Below are positions 47,108 through 60,757 of a stretch of DNA of 64,000 nt, piece after piece. The stretch's first letter is position 1. Each line of letters starts with the position of its first letter. The notes beneath the pieces were generated by a model. It had not been told where the DNA came from. It made no database searches and was given only the letters and a program-made list of their open reading frames with translations. Source of the DNA: Mizuhopecten yessoensis (lineage: Eukaryota); assembly GCF_002113885.1 (NCBI RefSeq), contig NW_018407459.1:344227-408226 (forward strand), written 5' to 3'. Both the position numbers and the translations under genes were made by a program.

Positions 47108-49229
47108 ATAATACTTATATATTTTTTCCATAATTTGGAAGAATTTCATAGACTTAAAGCAGAATGCTGTTTTCAATATTTATACTCGACTTCTTGACTG
47201 TGTCAGATTTAAGCCAGTTATAAAAAAGTGGGTCTGAGCAGTGTCAATGCTTGAGCACGACAATGGAATCATGAATACATGCCCTAGTCAAGACACCCAG
47301 CAAATGGAATGGCATTGAGACGAATATTTCAATCCTTAAAATACCTGTCAAATATGTGTTATATGAATTGAACAACCAGGACTTTTACTGATTAGCACAG
47401 ACATGAACTTTTTTTGCTGCAATATTTGTAAAGCAATGTTTTCAAGACCAGGAATAATATAATTTGACTGGGAATGTACACCACCAATTTTGGAAAGTTG
47501 TTTTTGAGACACCAGTTATTTTCTTATATTTTCCTAAGAAATCTGATAGAATTTGATGTTAATCATATTTACACTTAATATTCTGCAAAGCAGAATTTTG
47601 AGTAACAGGCTGTACCGTACGTATACTTTTAACTGGATTTAAGATGCATCAAAATGATGAATAAAATGAACTTGATCTACTGATGTTTTCAAAGAAATAT
47701 TTAATGCAAAAAATCTTTGGACAGGCACACAGTTAATACTTTTTAAAAATATCTGTCTGTGTTGACTTGTAAATATTATATGTAGTTCAGACAGTGGTAT
47801 AAACCATCATATGTACATCTGATTTAATCCATTTTTTGGTTTCTTCGGTTTCTACTTGTATAAAACAATCACTTTTCTAAAGTGTATTTTCTTTACTATT
47901 GTGAATTTTGTATGTTGAGTGTACATAATTCCAATTTTGTTTATATTACCTGAGACATGTAAATATGATGTTGTTAATTGATCATTAGACAAGTAGGCTA
48001 GTACACAATTGAACTCTTGATAGCTGTTTAGTTTGTACTTTTTTCATGGTGCTGAACCAGCAGTGGAGAGGCAGACAAAGCTGAACTTGTAATGAAAGGC
48101 TGGGGTAGTAAGTATGTTGACAGACCTCGTCAAGATGAAAACAGTGAAATAGGTTCATAGAAATTTATCAAAGTTACCAGTGGTAGGTAAATACAAAAGA
48201 AGGAACAGTCTGATTTTATTGCAGTCGTAAAAGATTGTGTTTTGTGGATTTCTAAAGTCCTCTTTGAAGTGATTTGCTAACTGGCAGGAAATATTAGTAA
48301 TTACTGACAGATGATTCTAGTAAAGTAGGACTGTCACAGATGACTTCTGCTAATGTTCTAAGTGTATTGATTTATGCACAAAGACACTGCTATTATTTTT
48401 TAATGCTTCATCTACCATGTGATAAGTTAGGTCTAGGACATGATGGTAGATTTAAGTATATTTATTTGATGGTGTATTTGTTATTGATATTTTTGGGTAT
48501 TAATGGCTGTATTAAAATTGAATATTGCGTTCTTGTTTTCTGTTGTATTGTTCAGAAATAATCAACATGTGCATGTATTATGGTGGAATATATATAATGA
48601 GGATGAGAAAATGTTTTGGAAAAAATGATTAACGACATTCGCTTTGCTGTCTGAATTGATTATTTATCCAACATTCTCGATTCCCGAGTTGCATATTCCA
48701 TCATAATGTATAAACATATGTTGATTACATCTTTTCTACCAAGTAAAATGTAACAAAAGCTTTGTCGCGTCTACTTTAGTGTCCATATGTCTTTGATAAG
48801 CAAGGTGGCCTAGATAATCTTATTTATTTTAAATTAGGCTGCTTTTTTGTGTGCACTAACATTTGTCATGTGATGCCTTTATGTCGTCAATTTTCTGACC
48901 CTGTGGACATATGTCCTATTTTACCTGGATATATTTGGGAAGGATTTTGTTTTTCATTTTCAGTAGTCATTCAGTTGACGGACTGTAAACTATAAACACT
49001 GACTGACGTAATGCTTTATGACAGATGTTTCCCTCAATCAATCGGCTCCACCAATGTAGCAAAATCCCTCGTCAACACTTGAAATCAGCATTTGATTGAT
49101 TTACAAACACTACTTCAAGTCACCTACACACAAAGTTCAACGGAACATTCTGACCATAAGCCTGACAGGCTTTAAGTTAATCGAGAAGTAAAATAGATTT
49201 TTGGCAGGAGTGTAACACAATCAGGGCTT

Positions 49230-51340
49230 ATACAAGGTAGAACGGCGATTCCCGTCTGTCCGTCCATTTGTCTGCACTAGGGTTAATAAGAATGGTTTGG
49301 CTCAGTTTCCAAGGTATTAATTATCCTGCATCAATTAAACTTGCATGGCTTATTAGCTCACCGTCCGTACGTCAACAATTTCTTTAAACGACTTTGTTGG
49401 AAACGTTGGAAACAGACTAAATTTGACTGGAAGCATCCCTAGGTGGTGGTGATTAAAAATTGTACAAAATTGTACAAACGACTCCCCAGGGGGCTTAGGG
49501 GCGGGGCCAAAAAGGGGCAATTTGGCTATATTGCTACAAACGACTTCTTCTGTAGAACTGTGCACTGGATATCAATCATATTTGATCAAAAGCATTCCTG
49601 GGAGGCAGGGATTTAAAAAAAGGACAAATGGTGTGGCTGAGGGGCAGGGCCAAAAAGGGTATTTGGCTTTACTGCTTTAAACGATTTCTTCTCTGGATCT
49701 AAGTGATGGATATCAACCTTATTTGACTGGAAGCATCTCTAGGTGGTGGAGATTCAAAATTGTACAAACGGTTGGGCTGACCCCCCAGGGGGCTGAGGGG
49801 CGGGGCCAAAAGGGGGCAATTTGGTTATATTGCTATAAATGACTTCTTCTGCAGAACTATGCCATGGATATTGATCATATTTGGTCGGAAGTATTCATGG
49901 GAGGCAGGGATTCAAAATTGTACAAATGGTGGGGCTGACCCCCCGGGCTAAGGGGTGGGGCCAATAAAATGTATTACTTGGAAATGGTTGAGATCCCCAC
50001 CATATAACCATATATACAATTGCTGAGTATAAAGAGAAGAATGCACATTTGCTTCCAGGATGTCCCTAGGGTCTGGCCCCACCCTTGGAGACATAGTCCC
50101 TGGGCCATAACTTTAAAACGGTTGAGATCCCCACCCCAAAACTATATATACAAATGCTGGGCATAAAGAGACGAATGCAATCATGATATCAGAAATGACC
50201 CTGCAGGGGGTCTGACCGAACCCCTAGGGACCTAGTTTCTTAGTCACAGCTTGGAAACAGTTGAGAACCCCACCCAAAACCCTATATATACAATTGCTGA
50301 GTATAAAGAGATGATTGCAAATATGCTTCCAGGTTGGCCTTGGGGACTGCCCCACCCTTGGAGACTTAACCCCTGGGTCATAACTTCGAAATGGTTAATA
50401 TCCCCACCCCAAAACTATATATACAATTGTTGGGCATAAATGGACGAATGCAGTCATGATAATGTAATTGATCCCAGGGTCTGCCCCACCCTTGCAGACT
50501 TGGCCCCTGGGTCATAACTTTGAAACGGTTGAGATCCCCACCCCAAAACTATATATACAAAAGCTGGGCAAAAAGAGACAAATGCAGTCACGATATTAGA
50601 ATCGATCCTGGGGTCTGGCCACGACTCTAGGGACCTTGTTACTGAGTCAAAGCTTGGAAGCAGTTGAGATCCCTACCCCATAACCATACATAAAATTGCT
50701 GGGCATGAAAAATCTAATACAGATATGCTACAAGGATTGGCCTTGGGGTCTGGCATATTCCCTTGATCTCATTTGGAGAATATTTTGCCATGACTGCTTA
50801 GGTATCCAGGTGAGCGATACAGGCCCTCTGGGCCTCTTGTTTATCTAAGGATGCTTATCATATGCAAAGTTTCGGATACTGATTCTGACCTACATTTTCC
50901 GCTTGACTGACCAGGTTGAGAATATTGGTTAAGGTCAGGTACTAAGTAACTACTTGTTGTACATCAATTAAACTTGCATGGCTTATGTATCTAAGGATGC
51001 TTATCACATGCAATACTTCAGATGCTGTTTTGACCTGGATTAAGAAGGTTGGTTAAGGTCACGCCCCATCTGCACTGGTTAAGAAGATCCAAGTAGCTAC
51101 TTCAACTAATACATCAACTAAACTTGCATGGCTTATGTATTTAAGGATGCTTATAGCATGCAATGCTTCAGATGCTGCTTCTGACCTATATTTTCTGCTT
51201 CAGTGACCAGGTTAAGATGATTGGTTAAGGTCAGTTCCTAAGTTACTAGTTGTACATCAACTAAACTTGCATGGCTTATGTGTCTTAAAGGATGCTTATC
51301 ACATGTGATGCTTGGTATGCTGGCTCTGACCTAATTAAGC
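49230..51340 (+). mobile_element. Host HINE-like element with aaacttgcatggcttatgtatctaaggatgcttatc repeats
   Basis: (gtcc/gtct) microsatellite near 49255; four repeat units, the first split by the 49354-50841 insertion. Confidence 0.6.
49354..50841 (+). mobile_element. HINE-like element nested inside another repeat element
   Basis: tagctcacc...ccgtccgt; two internal repeat types (ggggcggggccaaaagggg; gagatccccaccc); end caggtgagcgatacaggccctctgggcctcttgtt. Confidence 0.8.
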
Positions 51341-52079
51341 TACTCTAAAAACATTCAACCGTTTACATGAAAATGCACTGTAGCGATCCAGCCATATTAC
51401 ATTGGTCTGTTGGAAAATAATACACACGTGGATGGTTTATTATCCATGTTTCTTAACCAATGAAAAGTGTTGTTGCATCGCAAACGTGGTAGAATAACCA
51501 ATAAATTGCATGTGGCTGCCCCAAACACCCAAAATCAATGCTAACTGGGTAGTTTGGTGGTGCATTGTCTGTTGTCAATCGTCTGCTGTTTGTTTACTTT
51601 CGCACTTGACAGCCTTCTATAAAATATAACCAAATATCAGTGCTAGCATACAGAGCCTATGGGGGGTCAAAAGTTTCACAAATTAATAGGGGTTGTGTCA
51701 CACAATTAGAAAACCTGTATATTACATACAGTACAAAGGCATATCATATTGGTGTGTAATACAGAAATTTATGACCTAATGTTATTCAAAAGCTTATTAT
51801 CCTCCATTCATTGAGTTGGCGAGGGATTGAAAAAATGGGGTCTGTCCATGCACCTGGTTGAGAAGAATTGCTCTCATCTATATCTTGCCTACTACAAGTG
51901 CTACGTTGGTTAGACTTAAATCAATTGTGCATCTAGGGTTGCTCTATACTGAACGCATATTATGGAAGCTGATTTTGACCTATATTTTACGCTTCACTTT
52001 GTATTTGTCAGGCTAGCAGAATTTCATTTCAGGCTAGCGGATTATTAGCCCCAGGCTAGTATCCTAAAAAAACACCATA

Positions 52080-54090
52080 AAGAGGTCCAATGGGCCTGCA
52101 TCGCTCATCTGGTATTAAACTCGCACTTGTTACCTTAAAAGTGATATAAAATAAAGCTACAGGCAAAATATCAGTATTTATGACTATTAGTCATTCTAAA
52201 CAACCTGTTAAAAGATTTTAAAACATTTGACCCCTGTGACCTTTAAAGTATGACAAGGTCATTATGAAGAACAAACTTTATAGCCCTTCATCTCGGCATG
52301 CAACTTGCCAAATGTCACCACCGTAAACCTTTTTATTTAAGGAGATAAGGTCATTTAAAGGTTAAAACATATCTGACCAAATGTGATCTTGAAAGTGGGT
52401 CAGGGGCATTAAAATTACTTGATAACCCTTCATCCAAGCATGCAACTGCCCAAAATACAAACATTCTGGGTATCGGGGTCATTCAGAAGAAGTAGTTTAA
52501 AGATTTGAACAAACATGGTAGCCCTTCATCCTAGCATACTTCTGGCCAGATTCAGAAGAAGTCGTTAAAAGATTTTAAACATATTTGACCCCTTGAATAA
52601 AAGTCAAGGTCATTCATTTCAATGAACTTGGTAGCCCTTCACCCGTGCACGTTACCAACTAAATATCATCATCCTGGGCCTTTTTGTTATTTAAAAGATG
52701 TAGTTTAAAGATTTTGAACATATTTGATCCCTGTGACCTTGACTAATGGTCAAGGTCATTCATTTCAATGAAACTTGGCAGGCCTTCATTCCAGCATGCT
52801 ACAGACTAAATCATCATCCTGGGCCTTTTGGTTATTCAGAAAAGTCGTTTAAAGATTTTAAATATATTTGATCCCTGTGACCTTACATATAGGTGACTTA
52901 TTTTAACAAACTTGGTAGCCCTTCATCCAAGCTTGCTACTAGCCAATTATCATCATTCAGGGTCTCGTGGTTATTCAGAAGAAGTCATTTAAAGATTTTA
53001 TACATATTTGATCCTTGTGACCTGGAATAAAAGTCGGAACATTCATTTTTAACAAACTTTGTAGCACTTATTCCTTGCATATTTCTGGCCAGATATCATC
53101 ACCCTTGGCCTTTTGGCTATTCAGAAGAAGTCATTCATTTTAACAAACTTGGTAGCCCCTCATCCCAGTACATTACGGGCTAAATATCATCACCCGGGGC
53201 CTTTTGATTATTCAGAAGAAGTTGTTTAAAGGTTTAAAACATATTTGACCCCTGTGACCTTGAAGATAGGTCAAGGTCATTCATTTGAACAGACTTTGTA
53301 GCCCTTCATGCTAGCATGCTACTGGCCAGATATCATCCTTGATCTGATGGTTATTCAGAAGAAGATATTTTTTTAGACAATTGACCCCTGTGACCTTGAA
53401 TATCAGTGAAGGTCTTTCATTTGTGAAACTTGGTAGCGCTTCATCCCAACATGCTACTGACCAAATATCATCACCCTGGGCGTTTTAGTTATTCAGAAGA
53501 AGTCGTTTAAAGATTTTAACATAATTAATCACTGTGACCTTGATTATGTTGGAAGGACATTTATTTGAACAAACTTGGTAGCCATTCATCCCAACAAGAT
53601 ACTGACCAAATATCACCATCCTGCTCCTTTCGGTTATTTAGAAGAAGTTGTTTAAAGGCTTTTTAAGACAATTGACCCAATGTGACCTTGAATATGTGTG
53701 AAGTTCGTTCATTAGAACAAACGTGGTAGCCCTTCATCCCAGCATGCTACTGGCAAAATATCATCACCCAGGGCATATTGGTTATTCAGAAGAAGTTTTG
53801 TAAAGATTTTAAACATGTTGGACCCCTTTGAAATTGGGTGAAGGTCATCTAATTGAACAAACTAGGTAGCCCTTTATCCCAGTTTGCTTCTGGCTAAATA
53901 TCATTACCTTATGCCTTTTGGTTATTAAGAAGAAGTTGTGTACAATTTAACATATTTGACCCCTGTGACATTGAATAGGTAATTTAATTTAATTGAACAA
54001 ACTGGGAAGCCATTCATCCTAAATATCACCCTAGGCCTTTTGGTTATTAAGAAGAAGTTGTTTATAGTAAAAAGATTACGCCGGACGCCG
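52080..54090 (-). mobile_element. HINE-like element with an expanded array of about 144-bp repeats
   Basis: Starts aagaggtccaatgggcctgcatcgctcatctgg (reverse complement of the 27867 end); about 13 repeats of aacaaacttggtagcccttcatcccagcatgctactgg...ttattcagaagaagt...tgacccctgtgaccttga. Confidence 0.8.
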
Positions 54091-54619
54091 CATTTTTATG
54101 AGTACAATCTCCCCCATGGAAATTTCAAAGGGTAAGTATGTATCGTGATACAATCCATGTGTATTGTGACAAAACTGCAAATAAAGGGACTAATCCTTGC
54201 CTTTTGGGGGTTAATAAGCTGGGTTAAGGGTCAAATTAGGTTGTTTGATTTAAATGACAAATTCCAGCAGAAGCTCGCGTGGATGTACTTGCCTTCAATC
54301 TCTCCCCATCACCCACTTTGCTCCTGAACTTTAACCCTCGTATCATTATGTTGACCGATATCTAAAAATCTAACCAGGTGTTGCCATATTTTGGTGTGAA
54401 TATAAACTAAATTTGTTGAGGGGTTGAGATATTTTAACCTCAAAAATGGTCAAGTGTGACCCTTAAACCTTGACCGATGACCATCAAAATCTAATCGGGT
54501 TTAGAACTTGGCACAACCATACTATGATGTAAATATAAATGACCAATAATAGCCGAGAAATCTTGTACACAGGCTTTTTACTATGTACCCCCTAGCTAAG
54601 TTTGAGGGGGATATAATAA

Positions 54620-56950
54620 AGTTGATGACCCTACTTGGTCTGAGGTAAAACGCAGATTTAAACCAGATCGTAGTGATATAAAATGCTTAGCCATTGGGGA
54701 TGAAATGATAAGAAATGAAAGGCCATGGTTGAATTGAAGATTTGCTTGAAACAATGTTGTCCCAAAACTACTGTCAGTACTGGACACGGTTTCACCAAAT
54801 TGTTATGGTAGTATCCTTTCACTCCCCGAACGCAGCAACATATATAAACAACGGTCGGATGTAGTATTTTACCTCCAAGACTTTGAACATTAACTGGCAT
54901 CTGGGTAATTTGGCATCGATCTCGGTTATAGTACTCCTCCGAATGATGTTCACGGTAGTGTTAAGTTTGACCTTTCATAGTGACATTAACCTATTAAGGT
55001 ACTTGACATCGTAAAGTAATGATATTGACCTTCAATCATGAAACACTCGACCAATTTAGCTTGACATTGCCCAGGCATCAAAGTTATATTGAAGTACTAA
55101 GACTCGAGGCTAACCTGTTCACAAAATTCGAAAATGATAAATCCTGTGATATCCGAAAAATAACCATATCGAACTTTTACCCTGAAGTACACGATGAAAG
55201 CTTTGCCTCTATAACAAGTGGTTGATGAACTATTCAAGTTGTTGCAAATAAGAAACCAAAGACTTTAAAATCAAAAATTCCCCCCAAAACACCTCAGTCT
55301 TATTATTTCCAACCAATATATAGCAGTGAAATGATATGCTCGTATGTTCAAGATTTTGATTCGCATTTTAAAAATTTGCCGCACCACTGGTTACTTGAGA
55401 ACCAATCTTTGAGCAACCGGGGCCCGTTCGTTAAAACGATTTCCACAAAACGGAGTTACACAAGTAGGAGCCAAGGGGAACCCGTGTACAATATTTGAAA
55501 GTCTGCCAAATACAAAAAATAGCGGAAACGAACTTTTATATTGGAATTCGATATGGCCAATGTTCTCATGATATATCCAATTGTAATATTGAACGACTTG
55601 AAAAAGTATCTGTATAATGGTACAGGAAATTGATCAATTTCTATTTTCCTTTTCGAAAAATTAGAAGTAAGTATGTATATTTTACAGACAAGAAGTCAAT
55701 TTATTAGATGCTTTGTTTTTATAACAATTGATCCACAAGTCAAATATGTTTAAAAAACTTTACACAACTTCTTCTTAATAACCAAAAGGCATAGGGTAAT
55801 GATATTTACACAGAAGCAAACTGGGATGAAGGGCTACTAACTTTGTTCAATTAAATAACCTTTCACCCAATTTCAATGTCGCAGGGGTCAAATATGTTTA
55901 AAATCTTCACACAGCTTCTTCTGAATAAAGCTTGGTTCGGACATCAGGTTCATGAAACACTAAAAAGAAATACCGAGAACACTTGTTTACAGAAAGGTAC
56001 ATGACCACGGAAGTTCTGTGATTTGACCATCCCACCATCTGATGGTAATATATTACACAGGAGACAAAGACTAGAAGCCATATCTCGGTTAATCTCGCTA
56101 GTGTTATCTGCAAGTTGGAGAATATCATTGGCAAGAATAATGGAAGATCTGGAACAACGAACTTTTTCAGCACTTGACAATTTTGGTAACTAGGTGTGCT
56201 AACCAAATGGAAAGATATCCTGAATAATTAAGAAGTGTAAGGCCGTTAACCTGGATTTCATGAGGTCTCTAAATGGACACGTAATTCATGCCTTTAAATA
56301 GCAAGCATCTGTCAACTTCCTATTACGGACTTCGATAAATCACCTGTCTTGCTCGCCAGTGATATGTACCGGTATTCTTGTTCGTTGACGATCATGTATG
56401 GCATAAAGGGACACAGAAAATATAGCAAAACTCACAGAGGACCTGCATAGTCTCAAACATTAATCATTGGAGGATCAAAGCAACAGAGTAATTTGAAAGA
56501 GGAGGATCAGGGGAGGAGGCATTAGTCATATATTGGGCAATATGTTTTATTTTCAAAAACCGCTGGATTCACAGAGGTTCCCGAAGATCATACTAATACC
56601 AGACTTCTTCACACATCACTTGTTAGACCTCATTTACAATATAGAACCCCATTGTCAACCGGATACGAATCTGTTGGATGTATTCGAAGCAAACACCAAG
56701 CTACAAATATTGTTATAATTGAAATATATTTCCGAAACGAATAAGGAAGTTAAACATTAATTCACAGTTTGGACTTAAATGTTCCTGTGTTGTCACAACA
56801 CATAGCACAGAAAGGGATCATGGCCTGAGTTCCGAATCAATAGCTCGCTCGCACAGCACTGAGGTGATTCCAGATGGTCCTGAAAGGTGAGCGCTTCCTC
56901 TGCTTGTATAGTACCGTCATATCTTTTATTCAATTCCAGAAGAGTTTTCA
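54620..56950 (+). pseudogene. Decayed protein-coding-like sequence of unidentified origin, interrupted by a repeat fragment at about 55720-55930
   Basis: Protein-like stretches broken by stops (DDPTWSEVKRRFKPDRSDIKCLAIGDEMIRNERPWLN*...NNVVPKLLSVLDTVSPNCYGSILSLPERSNIYKQRSDVVFYLQDFEH*), CpG-richer than flanks; family not recognised. Confidence 0.3.
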
Positions 56951-57079
56951 TAATTAACCAATGATCTAATACGTACATAGACAATGAAATGTCTTGGTTT
57001 GAAATAAAGTTGTGCCATATTTCTTAAACGTCTTAGGTGAAAAGTGGCTATATGTAGATGTCAACAGAACAGGCCCTAG

Positions 57080-57705
57080 AGTACCAAGTTTGAAGAAAAT
57101 CGGTTAACATTTGTTGAAGTATTTGCACGGAAACGAAGCGCGGCAGATAAAGCATTTTTCATTATTCAAGGGGCAAGAACTCCACAAAATGGGGTCCGCT
57201 GAAAGTGGTCATCGAACTTGGCCGAGCCCTTAAGGCATTTAACCCTGTGACCAAGTTTGAAGAAAATCGATTAACATTTGTTGTAGTTATTGCACAGAAA
57301 CGAATACAGCAGATAATGACATTTTTCGTTATTTAAGGGGCCATGACTCCGCCAAATGGGGTCCGCTGAAAGGGGTCATCGAACATGGCCGATCCCTTAA
57401 GGCATTTATCCCTGTGCCCAAGTTTGAAGAAAATCGGTTATCATTTGTTGTAGTTATTGCACGGAAACGAAACGCAGCAGATAATGACGTTTTACGTTAT
57501 TCAAGAGGCCAGAACTCCACCAAATGGGGTCCGATGAAAGTGGTCATCGAACTTGGCTGAGCCCTTAAGGCATTTAACTATGCATGTGGCCAAGTTTGAA
57601 GATATCGGTTAACATTTGTTGTAGTTATCGCACAGAAACGAAGCGTGACAGACAGACGGACAAACCCAAATTAATATTCCCCGTTTCGGTGAAAGCGGGG
57701 GATAA
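57080..57705 (-). mobile_element. HINE-like element with about 167-bp tandem repeats
   Basis: ccaagtttgaagaaaatcggttaacatttgttg recurs near 57085, 57251, 57418, 57591; ends gacagacagacggac...ccccgtttcggtgaaagcggggg hairpin. Confidence 0.75.
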
Positions 57706-58304
57706 ATAATACATAGCTTTAGCCACACATTCACTATTCCCAAGATACCAATGATAGGGAAAATCTGACAACACTTCGCAATAATACATTGGTGTTCTTT
57801 GTCCTTTGGACCAACCTCTAAAAACATTGGTTTAAAACAGATAACTACTTCTTCAAAGCCAACAATAATAGGCGCGTAGCTGTCGGTTCGCTGGGACGCA
57901 GGTAAGTCCACCAAATTTTTACACAAAAACAATCAGCAAAAACGAAAACACTGCTAGCGGCATACTTAATGCATATTCAGAAACTATTTGCTGATATGAA
58001 TTCAATTACAAACGTGTTTTTATTGTAGAATGTGTCAATTTCGCAAACGATTCGTGCAATTTACCCTCTGTAAATGAATCCACTCCAACCAAGGGCTGGC
58101 TACGTCCTTGAATTACCATGAAATCCGAAAGAAATGGAACCTCGTACAGGTTGGAGGCAAAACGATTGGATATTGAAGGATAAAATTAGCAGTCAAACCA
58201 TTAGTTTAAAAGACCACATTGAAATTTCGTATTCGTATTACTCCTAGACTGACGCTTTTGCGTCGGATAATTCACAGGACACGCATATATTTCTAGAATG
58301 ATAA

Positions 58305-59963
58305 ACAAGAGATCCCAGAAGGATCTTGGCGCCCACCATTGTACCATCTTCATTTGTTCTTTGTCAGTTCGATCTTTTCTCTTCTTTCCTCTAATCTGTT
58401 TGATCGAGACATGTTAACAGTAAATGCTCCTTGAGGTAACTTTTGATCTAAACTTAATACTGATGTGTATGAAAGCCAACCTTCAAAGTGAGTTTGTCAT
58501 TTCACATATTCACTAGTACAGTACTTAATGTGAAAGAAACAGAATCGATCATTGCAATATGAGAAAGATCTGTTTTGTTCTTCCTTTAGCCATTTTGTTT
58601 TTATGATCAGTCTCAAAATATATCAAGGGGAACCTACATATTATCAAATTTGAGTTATATCCCTCAAGTTATTCCTGAGCAATAGTACTAACAAACCTTC
58701 AATGTAAAAAATAGAAGATGGCTGTCGGTAGGCCATTGTGTTTAACTGATCAGTATCAAAAGTAAACATGAAAAATAAAAGATAGTGGGGAACCTGCATT
58801 GGCTGGCCCCCAATTATTTTTTTGGGCGAGTAAAAGATGTGAAGCACTGGCCCAAATGACATATTGGTTGACCAAATAATTTTGGGAAGAAATATTTCCA
58901 CAGCATTTAACACAATGCTTCAGCACATTTAAATTACATATAACATGACAACGATTGCAATATGTAAAACAGAATAAAACATTATATTTTTAATTCTTCA
59001 ACCCTAGTTAAAACCTGACATGATCCACTCCATTCAGGTCTTCCCAAAAAGAAATACACAAAACTCGCACCTCAAAGAAGACACATTTTCTAAATCACGC
59101 ACAGTTCGATTCAAGTCGAAGTAATGACAATTGATAAATGTACTGCCTCCCAGTTAAAGTGGAAGGGACTATAATTTCTTTTATTCATTATTTTTTTCAA
59201 CAGTAGCTCAAACTATTTTTGTAGGGCCAGTGACTACCTCACTTTTAACAACTTTTAGTAACTCGAGCAAGACTTTAACCGCCAATGGCGAGCAAGCGAC
59301 CATCCATTTCAGCCACTGCTGCACAACAAGGGGATAAGGGGAACCTACAAATAAAATTTGATAAAGATCCCTCCCGTACTTCCCGAGAAATAGCGATAAC
59401 TAACTTTTACCTTCAAAATCCAAGATGACTGCCTGTCGGCCATGTTGTTTATCCGATCAGTCTCATAAGTTGCCCTGCACAGCTAAGGGCCAAGGGGAAC
59501 CTACATATAAAATTTGAGAAAGATCCCTTTGGCACTTCTTGAGAAATAGCGATAACTAACTTTCACTATCAAAATCCAAGATGGCTGCCTATCGGCCATG
59601 TTGTTTATCCGATCAGTCTCATAAGTTGCTCTGCACAGCTAAGGGCCAAGGGGAACCTACATATAAAATTTGAGAAAGATACCTTTGGCACTTCTTGAGA
59701 AATAGCGATAACTAACTTTCACTATCAAAATCCAAGATGCCTGCCTGTCGGCCATGTTGTTTATCCGATCGGTCTCATAAGTTGCCCTGTACAGCTAAGG
59801 ACCAAGGGGAACCTACAAATAAAATTTGAGAAAGATCCCTTTGGTACTTCTTGAGAAATACCGATAACAAGAATTGTTTAAGGACGGACGACGGACCACG
59901 GACCACAGACCACAGACGCAGGGTGATTTTGAATAGCCTACCATCCGATGACGGTGGGCTAAA
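58305..59963 (-). mobile_element. HINE-like element with about 156-bp tandem repeats
   Basis: Starts aacaagagatcccagaaggatctt (hairpin) ggcgcccacc; ggggaacctaca units near 59340, 59496, 59652, 59807; (ggac) microsatellite; ends ggtgggctaaaa. Confidence 0.75.
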
Positions 59964-60757
59964 AATGTATAGGCCGTTCTACATCAGAAAAGCAGCTTTG
60001 GAGTCACGACTAGAGGTGTTTACTTGTAGGGCGTTCCTTAGTCCATGCCATGTTCACAGTGTCCCATGACCTGGTATTGTATTAAGAATGTGTACCCGAG
60101 TAAATTCAGGTCAATCCATGAGACCGTCTAGTAAGTAATCGACGTTCATACGGGATCTCTAACGAAAACTGGGCACAGGTTGTCTTATACAAACTACGCC
60201 GTTAAAAAGGTGGTATATAAATGGTTGTGTGTATATTGTGTCGCGGTGACCCAGTGACCGACTTTATCTGATACACACATCTGTACACGTGCTATCATCA
60301 TATAATCAATAAATCCTATGTGTTAACTATCACATTTTACTTGTGTATATATCGATATATAACTAACATATACTCCGTTGAAATTGTTTAAAGCTCACAT
60401 GGCAGATTATTTATTGTTGTCATGTGACCTTTTATAAAATACAGGCTATAAATACACGCCAGTGTGTACAGTCACGGCGAACGTCAGGTGCACATTCTAC
60501 TGGACCACCTCGAGATCTGTGGCCACGCTAGATGATAAACAATCAGCGACAGTAGGTGATAACTGGTATCTGTATGACCTTATCATACCACGTACTGTAT
60601 GCATTGTTTGATTACTACCTGATGTGGATAATAGCACAATGCGAACTGGGTGTATTCCGGGTCGTAATCTCTGGACAAAACAGCACTAATACGTAGATAT
60701 CCACTGACGAAGGCAGTGGTCATTTGATGTCCGGCGCAGTTGAAGTGAGTTCACAAT

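Noticed and set aside
47600-48900. Box C/D snoRNA candidates (several TGATG...CTGA pairs)
   Set aside because: Imperfect boxes, no terminal stems or recognisable rRNA guides; expected by chance in AT-rich DNA.
60440-60750. Possible MAM-domain-like exon (CIVFDYYL)
   Set aside because: Needs frameshifts and contains stops; better explained as promoter/5' region (TATA-like ctataaata near 60446) of the gene starting at 60758.
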